64,000 nt of DNA. Origin: Clostridia bacterium. Lineage in GTDB: Bacteria > Bacillota > Clostridia > Christensenellales > UBA1242. The notes under the pieces are model-generated. The model saw only the letters and a program-made list of their open reading frames with translations, was not told the DNA's origin and did not search any database. Location: assembly GCA_900768545.1 (NCBI GenBank), contig CAAGDD010000003.1, forward strand, positions 4,767 to 68,766, in the 5' to 3' direction. This document shows, piece by piece, positions 8,973 to 17,105 of the stretch. The position numbers were made by a program, and so were the translations under genes. Numbering within the stretch: the first letter of the stretch is position 1; each line of letters begins with the position of its first letter.

Positions 8973-9953
8973 TTACTTTTTGATGGCCAAACCAAGATAA
9001 ATAGGAACAAGTGGCATAGCAATTCTTAAATAAAATGGATTTTTTGTGCCTTTCATAACATATTTTTTGTTTTCATTGAAATCGTTTAAAAGTTTTAAAA
9101 CAACTTCTTTGTTTTTGTAATTTTTGCTTTTGATAATTCTATACAAAAGTTCAAGCGCAATCATTGCTTTTTTCGTTTTGAAATATGTTTGAGATTTTTT
9201 AAATTCTTCTTCGTCCAAAGCTTCAGCTTTTTCTATTGCATTGTAGATTGTAAGTTTTGTTTCTTTAAATTCGCTATAAACCAAACTGCCACGGCGTTGT
9301 CTATAATAATATAGAGTTTTGTTTACGATATTTAAAGTTTTTACCTTTTCAAAATAATAAGTATTAAATTCAAGATCTTCGGCATATTTTGTGTTTTCGT
9401 TAAACACTTTTGGAAAGTCTCTTATATCCTGCAAAATTGACATTTTATACAATTTGTTGCATGCAGAAAATTTCAACATTCCACAATAAAACATTGACAT
9501 ATTTTCGTCAGCGCCTTGATACGATTTGATATTTATGCTGTCAATTTCCTTGTATTTTTCTGCATCAAATTTATATTTTTCGTTCACCCATTTCATCTTG
9601 CAAACTGCGCAGTCCGCCCCTGATATAGTTTGAAACAAAACCTTCAAAGAATCAGGGTGAATAACATCGTCAGAATCCAAAAAATAAACATATTCGCCTT
9701 TTGCAATCGAAACCCCAGCGTTTCGTGCCGAACTGAGACCGCCATTTGGTTTTGAAATAATTTTGTATTTGTTTTCGTCAAAATTGGCGCAGCATTGTTT
9801 AAGTTTGTTCAATGTTCCGTCTGTCGAGCCATCATCAACAAAGATTGCTTCAAAATTTTTGTAAGTCTGTGCTTTGATTGATTCGATGCAGTCGCCAATC
9901 CATTTTTCAACATTGTAACATGGCACAATAACTGAGATTAAATCCTTTTCCAT
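8973..9953 (-). CDS. Glycosyltransferase family 2 (paralog 1)
   Basis: 326 aa with MEKDLISVIVPCYNVEKWIGD, FVDDGSTDGT, NGGLSSARN and DSDD. It is collinear with the downstream paralog, including a hydrophobic C-terminal tail. Confidence 0.9.
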   Translation of the reverse strand: MEKDLISVIVPCYNVEKWIGDCIESIKAQTYKNFEAIFVDDGSTDGTLNKLKQCCANFDENKYKIISKPNGGLSSARNAGVSIAKGEYVYFLDSDDVIHPDSLKVLFQTISGADCAVCKMKWVNEKYKFDAEKYKEIDSINIKSYQGADENMSMFYCGMLKFSACNKLYKMSILQDIRDFPKVFNENTKYAEDLEFNTYYFEKVKTLNIVNKTLYYYRQRRGSLVYSEFKETKLTIYNAIEKAEALDEEEFKKSQTYFKTKKAMIALELLYRIIKSKNYKNKEVVLKLLNDFNENKKYVMKGTKNPFYLRIAMPLVPIYLGLAIKK

Positions 9954-10056
9954 CTTTTACTCCTAGGTGCATTATAACAAACTATAACTAAAAAAACAAC
10001 AATTTTCGTTTCTTTATTTAAAATTTGTAAATTTTGAAGCAATTTTTAAAAAATTG

Positions 10057-10085
10057 TTTACATTTTTTTCAAGATTTGCTATAAT
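10057..10085 (+). promoter_or_regulatory. Sigma-70/SigA-type promoter upstream of the tRNA-Arg region
   Basis: TTTACA (10057-10062), a 17-nt spacer, and perfect TATAAT (10080-10085). Confidence 0.6.
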
Positions 10086-10147
10086 AGTCTTGCTTGAAAA
10101 ATGATATTGTTTTGAGCAATGAGTTTTGAAGATCATTTTCATGAGCG

Positions 10148-10203
10148 TGAAACAACAATATCAAAATTCAAATTAAATTATGCACTCGTAGCTCAGCTGG
10201 ATA
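10148..10203 (+). repeat. Direct repeat copy 1 (56 nt): tRNA-Arg leader plus the first 22 nt of the tRNA
   Basis: TGAAACAACAATATCAAAATTCAAATTAAATTATGCACTCGTAGCTCAGCTGGATA is identical to 10309-10364 (offset 161 nt). Confidence 0.9.
10182..10203 (+). pseudogene. Truncated/decayed tRNA-Arg 5' fragment (acceptor plus D-arm only)
   Basis: GCACTCGTAGCTCAGCTGGATA equals the first 22 nt of the intact tRNA-Arg. It is followed by an AT hairpin (AAATTTCAA-AA-TTGAAATTT) and about 85 nt with only patchy resemblance to the rest of the tRNA and its terminator. Confidence 0.5.
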
Positions 10204-10308
10204 AAATTTCAAAATTGAAATTTTGCGTCGGTGCGCGGTCTTTGCAAACAAGTTTGCTCTCCCCGCTGCTTGACTAATGAGCGTTCCGCTCTAATATGGA
10301 GCACAACC

Positions 10309-10364
10309 TGAAACAACAATATCAAAATTCAAATTAAATTATGCACTCGTAGCTCAGCTGGATA
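10309..10364 (+). repeat. Direct repeat copy 2 (56 nt), running into the functional tRNA-Arg
   Basis: Identical to 10148-10203. Confidence 0.9.
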
Positions 10365-10419
10365 GAGCGTTCGTCTACGGAACGAAAGGTCTTGGGTTCG
10401 AATCCCCACGAGTGCACCA
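10343..10419 (+). tRNA. tRNA-Arg (ACG), CCA encoded
   Basis: Read by hand from GCACTCGTAGCTCAGCTGGATAGAGCGTTCGTCTACGGAACGAAAGGTCTTGGGTTCGAATCCCCACGAGTGCACCA. The acceptor GCACTCG pairs with CGAGTGC, the anticodon stem is TTCGT/ACGAA with loop CTACGGA, and the T-arm is TTGGGTTCGAATCCCCA. Confidence 0.9.
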
Positions 10420-10434
10420 AATCAAAAAACAGTT

Positions 10435-10466
10435 TGCGCTTTGCTGACAAAAAAAGCGCATTTTTT
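10435..10466 (+). terminator. Rho-independent terminator after tRNA-Arg
   Basis: Stem TGCGCTTT / AAAGCGCA with a 10-nt loop, followed by T6. Confidence 0.7.
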
Positions 10467-10512
10467 ATCTACAATTTTTTGAACCTTTCTAAACAAAAAA
10501 TAGGAGGAAATT

Positions 10513-11169
10513 ATGATCGAATCAAAATCTTGGAATTGGGAACTCGTGGACAAAAACGATGAATTTTGGAATACTCCTGCTCCCGAAGTGTATTTTTTGG
10601 CAGAAAATTGGAAAGAGAAAAATTTTAAACATATTTTGGACGCTGGCTGCGGCTATGGTCGAAACTGCATCTTTTTGGCAAAGTGTGGTTTTTCTCTTGA
10701 CGGCTTCGATTTGTCAAAACGAAGTGTTGAAACAACAATCGAAAACGCTCGAAAAAACAATTTGAATTTTGAAAACTTTGTTGTTGCGGATATGTTAAAA
10801 TTTCCTTATAAAGACGAGAGTTTTGACGCACTTTTGGCAATAAATGTCATCTCTCACACAGATAAAGAAGGATTTTGTCAGATTTTGAGCGAAATCAAAA
10901 GAGTTTTAAAGCCTGGCGGCGAAGCATATTTTACGCTCGGCTCAAAACAGTCGTTTTGGTTTAACAATCCTGCCTGCACCTATGTCGATGAAAACACTCG
11001 CATTAGAGTTGAAGACGGCCCAGAAAATGGAATTCCACATTTTTATGTCGATGACGACGATTGTCAAAAACTTTTCAGCGACTTTAAACTCATTAAACTT
11101 CAAGAAGTAAGAGAGTTGACAAAGCACGGCACATTCAGTGCACATTATCATGTTTGGATAAAAAAATAA
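10513..11169 (+). CDS. Class I SAM-dependent methyltransferase
   Basis: 218 aa with motif I ILDAGCGYGRN and post-motif LKPGG. An AGGAGG RBS lies upstream. Confidence 0.85.
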   Translation: MIESKSWNWELVDKNDEFWNTPAPEVYFLAENWKEKNFKHILDAGCGYGRNCIFLAKCGFSLDGFDLSKRSVETTIENARKNNLNFENFVVADMLKFPYKDESFDALLAINVISHTDKEGFCQILSEIKRVLKPGGEAYFTLGSKQSFWFNNPACTYVDENTRIRVEDGPENGIPHFYVDDDDCQKLFSDFKLIKLQEVRELTKHGTFSAHYHVWIKK

Positions 11170-11190
11170 GCCGAATATTTCGACTTATTT

Positions 11191-11418
11191 TTATTTAATG
11201 CCTGTGTTTTTCTTCTTTTGGAATTGTCCGTTTTTCTTTTTTACAACAACGCCTGCATCGTTGTTTTTGCAAAGAGTTGCAACTCTATCCAACGCTTCTT
11301 TTTTTGTTTGATAAGAAACAATCACTCTTTGTGCATTATCTCTTTTTATTTTCCAAAGTTTGTCTTCTTTGTCGAAAACGACAACATATTTTCCAAGTTC
11401 TTTTTGTTCGTCTGTCAT
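11191..11418 (-). CDS. DUF2188-like small protein
   Basis: 75 aa. The pattern YVVVFDKEDKLWKIKRDNAQRV...KKEALDRVATLCKNNDAGVVVKKKNGQFQ resembles DUF2188. An AAGGAG RBS is present. Confidence 0.6.
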   Translation of the reverse strand: MTDEQKELGKYVVVFDKEDKLWKIKRDNAQRVIVSYQTKKEALDRVATLCKNNDAGVVVKKKNGQFQKKKNTGIK

Positions 11419-11551
11419 AATTTTCTCCTTTGTTAATTCACATATATTATATCACTTTTGAAAAATTTTTCAAGATGAAAATTTGTTTTTTGTAAAAAAA
11501 TTGTGTTTTTATGCAATTTTTAACTTTTTTTTCGTTAAATTTGATATAAAA

Positions 11552-11581
11552 TTGACTTAAAATAACTTTTTATGTTATAAA
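11552..11581 (+). promoter_or_regulatory. Candidate promoter of the 11601 lipoprotein gene
   Basis: TTGACT (11552-11557), an 18-nt spacer, and TGtTATAAA (-10 at 11576-11581). Confidence 0.4.
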
Positions 11582-11600
11582 TTTTATGTAGGAGGAAAAT

Positions 11601-12233
11601 ATGGAAAACACTTTAAACAAAAAATCAATTTTTACCGCTGTGTCAATTTGCTTGTTTATTTTGATAACTGCATTTTTGTGTGCCTGCGGATCAGCACCTG
11701 CCACACCTTGGGGCAAGACCTTAAAATATGCTGGAGTGTCAAATGTTGACCAGACTTACACAATCAACAAGCAAGGCAAAAAACTTTCAAAAATCTGTGT
11801 GGATTATTTTGACAAAATTGACTGGGAACAAACTCTTGGTCAATCAAAAGAATCTTTACAAAACGGCGAAAACGCTTTTGAAACTTTGAAAACAAAACTT
11901 GTTTCACAATTTGACACTGACGCTCTTTCAAAATTTGAAATCACTTTTGGCAGTGAAGCTGAAAAAACAGCAACAATCAACGGACAAACTTTCAATGTAA
12001 TTGAAGATGAATCTGGCTACAACTTTGTGTATAAAACAATCGACAATGTTGACTACAAGTTTTATATTCATTCGCAAGGAAATGCTCAATTCTCATTTAA
12101 CTACAATGACAATCAATTAAGTGAAATTCCAATGTTTCAATCAAATATGCATCTTTATTTCTTGGACGATAGCGTTGTTAACGAAAATATTGGCGGATCA
12201 CTTTATCTTTATTCTGTCGCATTGTTTAAATAA
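11601..12233 (+). CDS. Putative lipoprotein, unknown function
   Basis: 210 aa. The N-terminal hydrophobic segment ends in the lipobox-like FLCAC-GS. A GGAGG RBS is present. Confidence 0.7.
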   Translation: MENTLNKKSIFTAVSICLFILITAFLCACGSAPATPWGKTLKYAGVSNVDQTYTINKQGKKLSKICVDYFDKIDWEQTLGQSKESLQNGENAFETLKTKLVSQFDTDALSKFEITFGSEAEKTATINGQTFNVIEDESGYNFVYKTIDNVDYKFYIHSQGNAQFSFNYNDNQLSEIPMFQSNMHLYFLDDSVVNENIGGSLYLYSVALFK

Positions 12234-12335
12234 TTAACGTTTCGTTTAATAAATTTAAATAACTTAAACTCAACGAATGCTTGAAAAATTTAAATTTTAA
12301 TAATAAAATGATTTAATCAGTATTTTGATTTGAAT

Positions 12336-12371
12336 AAAAAAAATCTAACAAATTTAGTTAGATTCTTTTTT
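12336..12371. terminator. Probable bidirectional terminator between convergent genes
   Basis: Stem ATCTAAC / GTTAGAT (12343-12349 and 12357-12363) flanked by an A-run and a T-run. Confidence 0.5.
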
Positions 12372-12402
12372 TGTTTATTTTAAAAAGTGCGTTTAACATT
12401 TT

Positions 12403-13398
12403 TTATTTAACTTTAACTTTTGCGCGGCTAAATTTTCTTTTAGCCTTTCCAAACATACTGCCTTTGTTGCTCGAATAGAAAATCAAAAGCAAGAGCGCTG
12501 TCAAAACAACGAAGCAGCAGATAACCAAGAACATATATCCAGCCGAAATTTTTATTCCAAAGAAGTCAAAGTCGATTGTAAAGTTTTCGGTCAAAAGTTT
12601 GTTTATAACATTGCTGTCTGGTGGCAACTTTGATTGAACCATATTGATGCAACCACGAAGGAAAGCATCTCTAAACAAGCCCGCTGAATATGCCCCTGGA
12701 ATGAAGCATGCAATATATTGCATTGCTTTTGGCATCATGTTAAATGGCAAGTATGCGCCGATCAAGAAGCCTATACATGTTGTGATAACGCCGTTTACTG
12801 CGACCAAAGTGCTTACACTCTTGAAGAATCCGCAAACAAACACAAAGAAGAATGACGATGACAAAACAGATATCAATGTGACCGCCAAAACTTCAAAGAA
12901 GTCGCCCCACGACATAAAGAAGCCGCCCGAGCACGCCAGATAAATCAATGAGAAGATCAAAACTACCATACAAATAGCAAATGAGATAATGAATGTAGCG
13001 ATGATATATCCAAGATAGATAACCCATTTTTTGACTGGTGAAGCCAAAACATCGTTGATTGCGCCAGATTGTTTATCTCTAATCATAATGATATTTACGT
13101 TGATCGCAACAGTGATACATGAAGTCGCCATAACGCCCGAGATCATCCAGTTGTTGATAATGGCGTAAATTTCTTTCATCGTGATTTGACCTTCACCATT
13201 TCCAATAAACTGTTTGATATCTTCCATATTTGCGATAGACTCTGCTTGAATTTTGCCCAAGAACAAAATATACAAAAGCAAAACAATGATTGGTGCCATA
13301 ATTGAGAAAAATACGGTCATCCAATCTTTCATATAAATTTTTATATTTCTCTTAATCAAAGACCATAAAGCAAGTCCGTTGTTGTTATTTTTTTTCAT
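12403..13398 (-). CDS. ABC-2 type transporter permease
   Basis: Multi-span hydrophobic protein directly downstream of, and overlapping, the ABC ATPase gene. The start is set at the ATG at 13398 (GGAG 6 nt upstream); the ORF-track start at 13416 is a TTG. Confidence 0.8.
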   Translation of the reverse strand: MKKNNNNGLALWSLIKRNIKIYMKDWMTVFFSIMAPIIVLLLYILFLGKIQAESIANMEDIKQFIGNGEGQITMKEIYAIINNWMISGVMATSCITVAINVNIIMIRDKQSGAINDVLASPVKKWVIYLGYIIATFIISFAICMVVLIFSLIYLACSGGFFMSWGDFFEVLAVTLISVLSSSFFFVFVCGFFKSVSTLVAVNGVITTCIGFLIGAYLPFNMMPKAMQYIACFIPGAYSAGLFRDAFLRGCINMVQSKLPPDSNVINKLLTENFTIDFDFFGIKISAGYMFLVICCFVVLTALLLLIFYSSNKGSMFGKAKRKFSRAKVKVK

Positions 13399-14311
13399 TT
13401 TCATCTCCGTGGTCAAATTGTCTTCCTGTAATATTTAAGAAAACGTCGTCCATATCGCCTTTCAAAACTTCAAAGTCGTTTATATATTGGCTATATTTTT
13501 CTATGATATCTTTTGCTTCTTCGCTATCTTTGATTTTGATCAAATAATATTCACCATTGTATTCAAAGTCGTTTTTAACAACATCTTCAAATTCCAAATT
13601 TCGTGGCATATAAATTTTGATTGAGTCGTTTGCATATTTGTTTTTAAGTCCGTGTGGAGTGTCTTGTGCGACAATTTTGCCGTGGTCAAGAATAACAACT
13701 CGATCTGCCTTGTTTGCTTCTTCCATATAGTGAGTGGTCAAAAAGACTGTCATTTTACGTTTTTTTCTCAAATCGTCAATAAGTTCCCAAATCTTTTTTC
13801 TTGTGTGCGGATCAAGACCTGTTGTAGGTTCGTCCAAAATCAAGATTCTTGGAAGATTGATCAAACTGCGCGCGATATCAATTCTTCTTTTTTGTCCGCC
13901 GCTCATTTGTCCAAGTTGTTTGCCAAGCAATTCTTTAAGATCCAAAAGTTCGGTCAATTCATCAAGACGAGCCTTCCAAACTTTTCCTTTATATCCATAA
14001 AATCCAGCGCGATAAGTCAAATTGTCTTTTGCAGTCAAAGTTGAATCCAAAAGCGAGTTTTGAAAAACAACTCCAATCTTTGATTTGATTTCGTCAGAGT
14101 CTTTGTCAAGATCAAGCCCGTCAACAATTATCGTGCCCGAGTCTTTTTTCAAAATAGAACAGATAATATTTATTGTTGTTGACTTCCCTGCACCATTGAG
14201 CCCCAAAAATGCAAAAAGACTTCCTTCTTTAACATTGAAAGAAATATCGTCAACAGCTTTTACATCACCATAAGATTTTTTTAAGTTTTTTATTTCAATA
14301 ATATTGCTCAT
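13385..14311 (-). CDS. ABC transporter ATP-binding protein (ABC-2 / DrrA-like exporter subunit)
   Basis: Walker A GLNGAGKSTT, signature MSGGQKRR, Walker B LILDEPTTGLD; 308 aa. Confidence 0.9.
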   Translation of the reverse strand: MSNIIEIKNLKKSYGDVKAVDDISFNVKEGSLFAFLGLNGAGKSTTINIICSILKKDSGTIIVDGLDLDKDSDEIKSKIGVVFQNSLLDSTLTAKDNLTYRAGFYGYKGKVWKARLDELTELLDLKELLGKQLGQMSGGQKRRIDIARSLINLPRILILDEPTTGLDPHTRKKIWELIDDLRKKRKMTVFLTTHYMEEANKADRVVILDHGKIVAQDTPHGLKNKYANDSIKIYMPRNLEFEDVVKNDFEYNGEYYLIKIKDSEEAKDIIEKYSQYINDFEVLKGDMDDVFLNITGRQFDHGDENEKK

Positions 14312-14330
14312 AAGTCACCTTTGCATTTTG

Positions 14331-14359
14331 ATTATAACACACCTAACACTTTATTCAAA
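14331..14359 (-). promoter_or_regulatory. Candidate promoter of the ABC-2 operon
   Basis: Minus strand: TTTGAA, a 17-nt spacer, and TGtTATAAT, about 20 nt upstream of the ATG at 14311. Confidence 0.45.
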
Positions 14360-14471
14360 ACTAAAAACATAACAAATTTTAACAAATTTGTTGTTTTTGC
14401 ATAAAATTGGCTTGATGTGCGCGAAAAAGGGAAAAGAAAGGCATATATTGACAGATATTGTCAAAATATGT

Positions 14472-15398
14472 CTATTTTAAAAATCCTTTAATAATTTGAT
14501 TTTCTGCTTCTTCTTGAGAAAGTCCCAAAGTTTGAAGTTTGATAAGTTGTTCGCCCGCGATTTTGCCGATTGCCGCTTCGTGAACAAGTGACGCTTGATT
14601 GTTTTGCGCGTCGATTTTTGGAATTGATATAATGTTTGCATTGTCAATCAAAATTCCGTCACATTCAACATGACCGAAACATTCGTTTTGTCCAACAACA
14701 TTTGAATTGAAGGTCTGTTTTGAATTGCCTTTTGCAACACTTCGGCTAACAACTTCGACCGAAGATTTTTTGCCTTTGAGTGTGACATCAAAGTTTGTAA
14801 CCGCAGTTTGATCTTTGTCGGTCAAAATCTTTTCACGGATAACAAGTTTTGCGTTTGCTTGCAAAACAGCGATTGTCTTTCTTTCGGCCGAAGAAACTCC
14901 GCCAAGTTGGATTGTTTCCATTTCAAACTGACTGTCTTTGTCCATAAAAACTTGTGTAACAGGGTTTAAAATTTTGTCGCCGCTTCCGTCACCGATTCCA
15001 AGGTGTTTTTCGATATATTTGACCTTGCAGCCTTCTTCAAGGTGAAAAGTGTGAATGCCATCGTGTTGGCTGTTTTGCGATGTTGGATTGTGAATGCCGC
15101 AACCCGCGACAATCAAAACTTCAGCTCCTTTTCCAATATAAAAATCATTGTAAACAAGGTCACTCAATCCGCCAACAGTGATGATAACAGGAATATGCAC
15201 GCTCTTGTTTTTCACTCCCGCTTTGACGATGATATCAATTCCGCTCTTGTCTGTTTTTGGAATAATTTGTATATCTTCGTTTGACACTCTTTCAATGCCT
15301 TGTCCGTTTTTTCGAATATTGAAACTGCCTTGTGGAACAGAGTGCATATCTGCAATTTGTGCCAAAAGCTCTTTGTCTATTTCTGTGAGTTTAACCAT
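14472..15398 (-). CDS. SufB/SufD-family Fe-S cluster assembly protein
   Basis: The C-terminal motif HEAAIGKIAGEQLIKLQTLGLSQEEAENQIIKGF matches the conserved SufB/SufD C-terminus. The start is set at the ATG at 15398 (GGAGG RBS), overlapping the sufC-like stop by 8 nt. Confidence 0.75.
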   Translation of the reverse strand: MVKLTEIDKELLAQIADMHSVPQGSFNIRKNGQGIERVSNEDIQIIPKTDKSGIDIIVKAGVKNKSVHIPVIITVGGLSDLVYNDFYIGKGAEVLIVAGCGIHNPTSQNSQHDGIHTFHLEEGCKVKYIEKHLGIGDGSGDKILNPVTQVFMDKDSQFEMETIQLGGVSSAERKTIAVLQANAKLVIREKILTDKDQTAVTNFDVTLKGKKSSVEVVSRSVAKGNSKQTFNSNVVGQNECFGHVECDGILIDNANIISIPKIDAQNNQASLVHEAAIGKIAGEQLIKLQTLGLSQEEAENQIIKGFLK

Positions 15399-16116
15399 TG
15401 TTTTCTCCTTCCAACTTCCCGCACTTTTGTGAAGTTGTGAGTTTTTTGAGCATTTCGTCTTTTTCACCAATAACTGCATCACTGTCAGAACTCAAAAGCA
15501 AAATGTAATCAGCGTTTTCCAAAATTTTCTTTTGGTGGCTGACAATAATCACTGTTTTGTCTTTCAAATTTTTGAAAAGTGAAACAAGGCTATCAAAACT
15601 CCAAAGGTCAATGCCCGCTTCTGGCTCGTCAAATAGCAAAATGTCGCCACCCTTTGCAAGAGCCATAGCAAGTTCGATTCTTTTAAGTTCTCCGCCAGAC
15701 AAAGTGCTGTCAAGTTCTCTCTTGATATAATTTCTTGCACAAAGCCCAACTTGAGCCAAATAGTCGCACGCTTGAGAAAGTTTGTTGTTTTGTTTGCTTG
15801 CCAAATCAAGCAAATCACCCACAGTCAAGCCTTTGAAACGAACAGGTTGTTGAAATGCGATCGTGAAGCCAATATTTGCACGCTTTTTGATTGGAAGGTC
15901 GGTGATATCATTGCCGTTATACAAAATTTTGCCGCTAGTTGGTGACAAGATGCCCATCAAAAGTTTGACAAGCGTTGATTTTCCGCTTCCGTTTTGTCCA
16001 GTGATAACTGTCACTTTGTTTTTTGGAAACTTTATGTTTAAATTTTTTAAAATGCTTTTTGACTTTTTGGTTTCGTCATCAAAAACATCATAAGAAATAT
16101 TTTTAAGTTCGATCAT
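15391..16116 (-). CDS. SufC-like ABC ATPase (Fe-S assembly)
   Basis: Walker A GQNGSGKST, signature LSGGELKR, Walker B LLFDEPEAGID. It is 241 aa, lacks a membrane partner, and is coupled to the SufBD gene. Confidence 0.8.
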   Translation of the reverse strand: MIELKNISYDVFDDETKKSKSILKNLNIKFPKNKVTVITGQNGSGKSTLVKLLMGILSPTSGKILYNGNDITDLPIKKRANIGFTIAFQQPVRFKGLTVGDLLDLASKQNNKLSQACDYLAQVGLCARNYIKRELDSTLSGGELKRIELAMALAKGGDILLFDEPEAGIDLWSFDSLVSLFKNLKDKTVIIVSHQKKILENADYILLLSSDSDAVIGEKDEMLKKLTTSQKCGKLEGENNG

Positions 16117-16205
16117 ATCTTCTCCTTACACGCGTCATTTTAGCACTTTTGCCAAAATTTGTAAATTTTTTTTAATCTATAATCTTATAAATTTAAGCAT
16201 TTTCT

Positions 16206-16233
16206 TTGAAAGTTTCTAATATTGTGTTACAAT
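16206..16233 (+). promoter_or_regulatory. Candidate promoter of the YwaF-like gene
   Basis: TTGAAA (16206-16211), a 16-nt spacer, and TGtTACAAT (-10 at 16228-16233). Confidence 0.45.
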
Positions 16234-16252
16234 AGCAAAAAGGATTTTGATT

Positions 16253-17059
16253 ATGTTAAATGCAACTTTTTCATTTTATGATTGGTTGATTGAAAATCGC
16301 GAAGTTATGGGTGACGGGCCGGGGCTTTGGTGTCCGCTTCACATCACCTTGATGGTTTTGCTTTTTGGCTGGATTGTTTTGTTTTGGTTTATCGCAAAAA
16401 AACATAAAAAATTCGCGTTGACTCTCACCACAGTTTTAAGCATATTGATGATTGTAAATCGCCTGTTTAGAATGGCTTTGTTATACTTTTCGGGCGTAAA
16501 CACTTTTGTTGAAGTCTTGCCTTGGCATTTGTGCCACGTGATGAGTTTTGTGTTTCCTATCTTTTATCTCACAAAGACCAAAAAGTTTTTCTTGCCAGTC
16601 TTGTGTGTGACCTTCTTTGGCGGACTTTTGACATTTATTTTTGGTGATTATTATTATCTTTCAACACTATCGTTTTTACATTATGAAAGTTTGCTTTTGC
16701 ACTTTATGATGCCAACAGTCGTTGTCGCTTGTGTCGCAACAGGATATTTTAAAGTTCGCTCAAAGGACTTTTGGCAAGTGTTTATCGGGCTCGCACTTCT
16801 CGCTGGCTGGTCAATGATTGGAAATAGTGTCATCGACGGAGCAAACTATCTTTATTTGATGTCAAACGGCTTGCCTTTTGATTTGTTTAAGTTTATGAAC
16901 TGGAAGTATTCTTATCTTCTCACCTATGCTGTGCTGATCACTATAATTTCGTTTGTGACGATCACTCCATTTGCAATTTATGACAAACACAAACACAAAC
17001 AAAGCGAAGCAGACAAAGAATTTGACATTATTATGACGGCGATAAAAGAGCCACTTTAA
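16253..17059 (+). CDS. YwaF/TIGR02206 (TMEM164-like) integral membrane protein
   Basis: Polytopic protein with the family-like LPWHLCH motif (compare LPLHLC in B. subtilis YwaF). The ATG at 16253 lies 8 nt after AGGA; the track start at 16247 is a TTG. Confidence 0.7.
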   Translation: MLNATFSFYDWLIENREVMGDGPGLWCPLHITLMVLLFGWIVLFWFIAKKHKKFALTLTTVLSILMIVNRLFRMALLYFSGVNTFVEVLPWHLCHVMSFVFPIFYLTKTKKFFLPVLCVTFFGGLLTFIFGDYYYLSTLSFLHYESLLLHFMMPTVVVACVATGYFKVRSKDFWQVFIGLALLAGWSMIGNSVIDGANYLYLMSNGLPFDLFKFMNWKYSYLLTYAVLITIISFVTITPFAIYDKHKHKQSEADKEFDIIMTAIKEPL

Positions 17060-17070
17060 AAAGACAAATA

Positions 17071-17102
17071 AAAAACATTATCGATTTGATAATGTTTTTT
17101 TT
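17071..17102. terminator. Bidirectional rho-independent terminator
   Basis: Stem AAAAACATTATC / GATAATGTTTTT with loop GATTT, flanked by an A-run and a T-run, between convergent genes. Confidence 0.7.
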
Positions 17103-17105
17103 GTT

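Noticed and set aside
8873-9022. 50-codon N-terminal extension of the second GT2 gene (track start 9022), which would overlap the upstream paralog
   Set aside because: The internal ATG at 8872 has an AGGAG RBS and gives an N-terminus collinear with the paralog (M-x-KDLISVI-PCYNVE). The extension has no homology and overlaps the neighbour's 3' end.
10204-10308. The GC-richer block between the tRNA-Arg repeat copies, considered as SRP RNA, 6S, tmRNA, RNase P or a riboswitch
   Set aside because: It has no SRP domain IV motif (GGAA tetraloop/AGCA), no RNase P or tmRNA signatures, and is too short. Its patchy similarity to the intact tRNA-Arg body and terminator favours a decayed duplicate. It is kept as a finding only at the level of the duplication.
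13399-13416. Track starts at non-ATG codons: TTG at 13416, TTG at 18686, GTG at 20240, GTG at 21711 and TTG at 16247. Also the long upstream extension of SufBD to 15482.
   Set aside because: In each case a nearby downstream ATG has a properly spaced GGAG-type RBS and gives a family-typical N-terminus. The extensions add only a few residues, or 28 non-homologous ones for SufBD.
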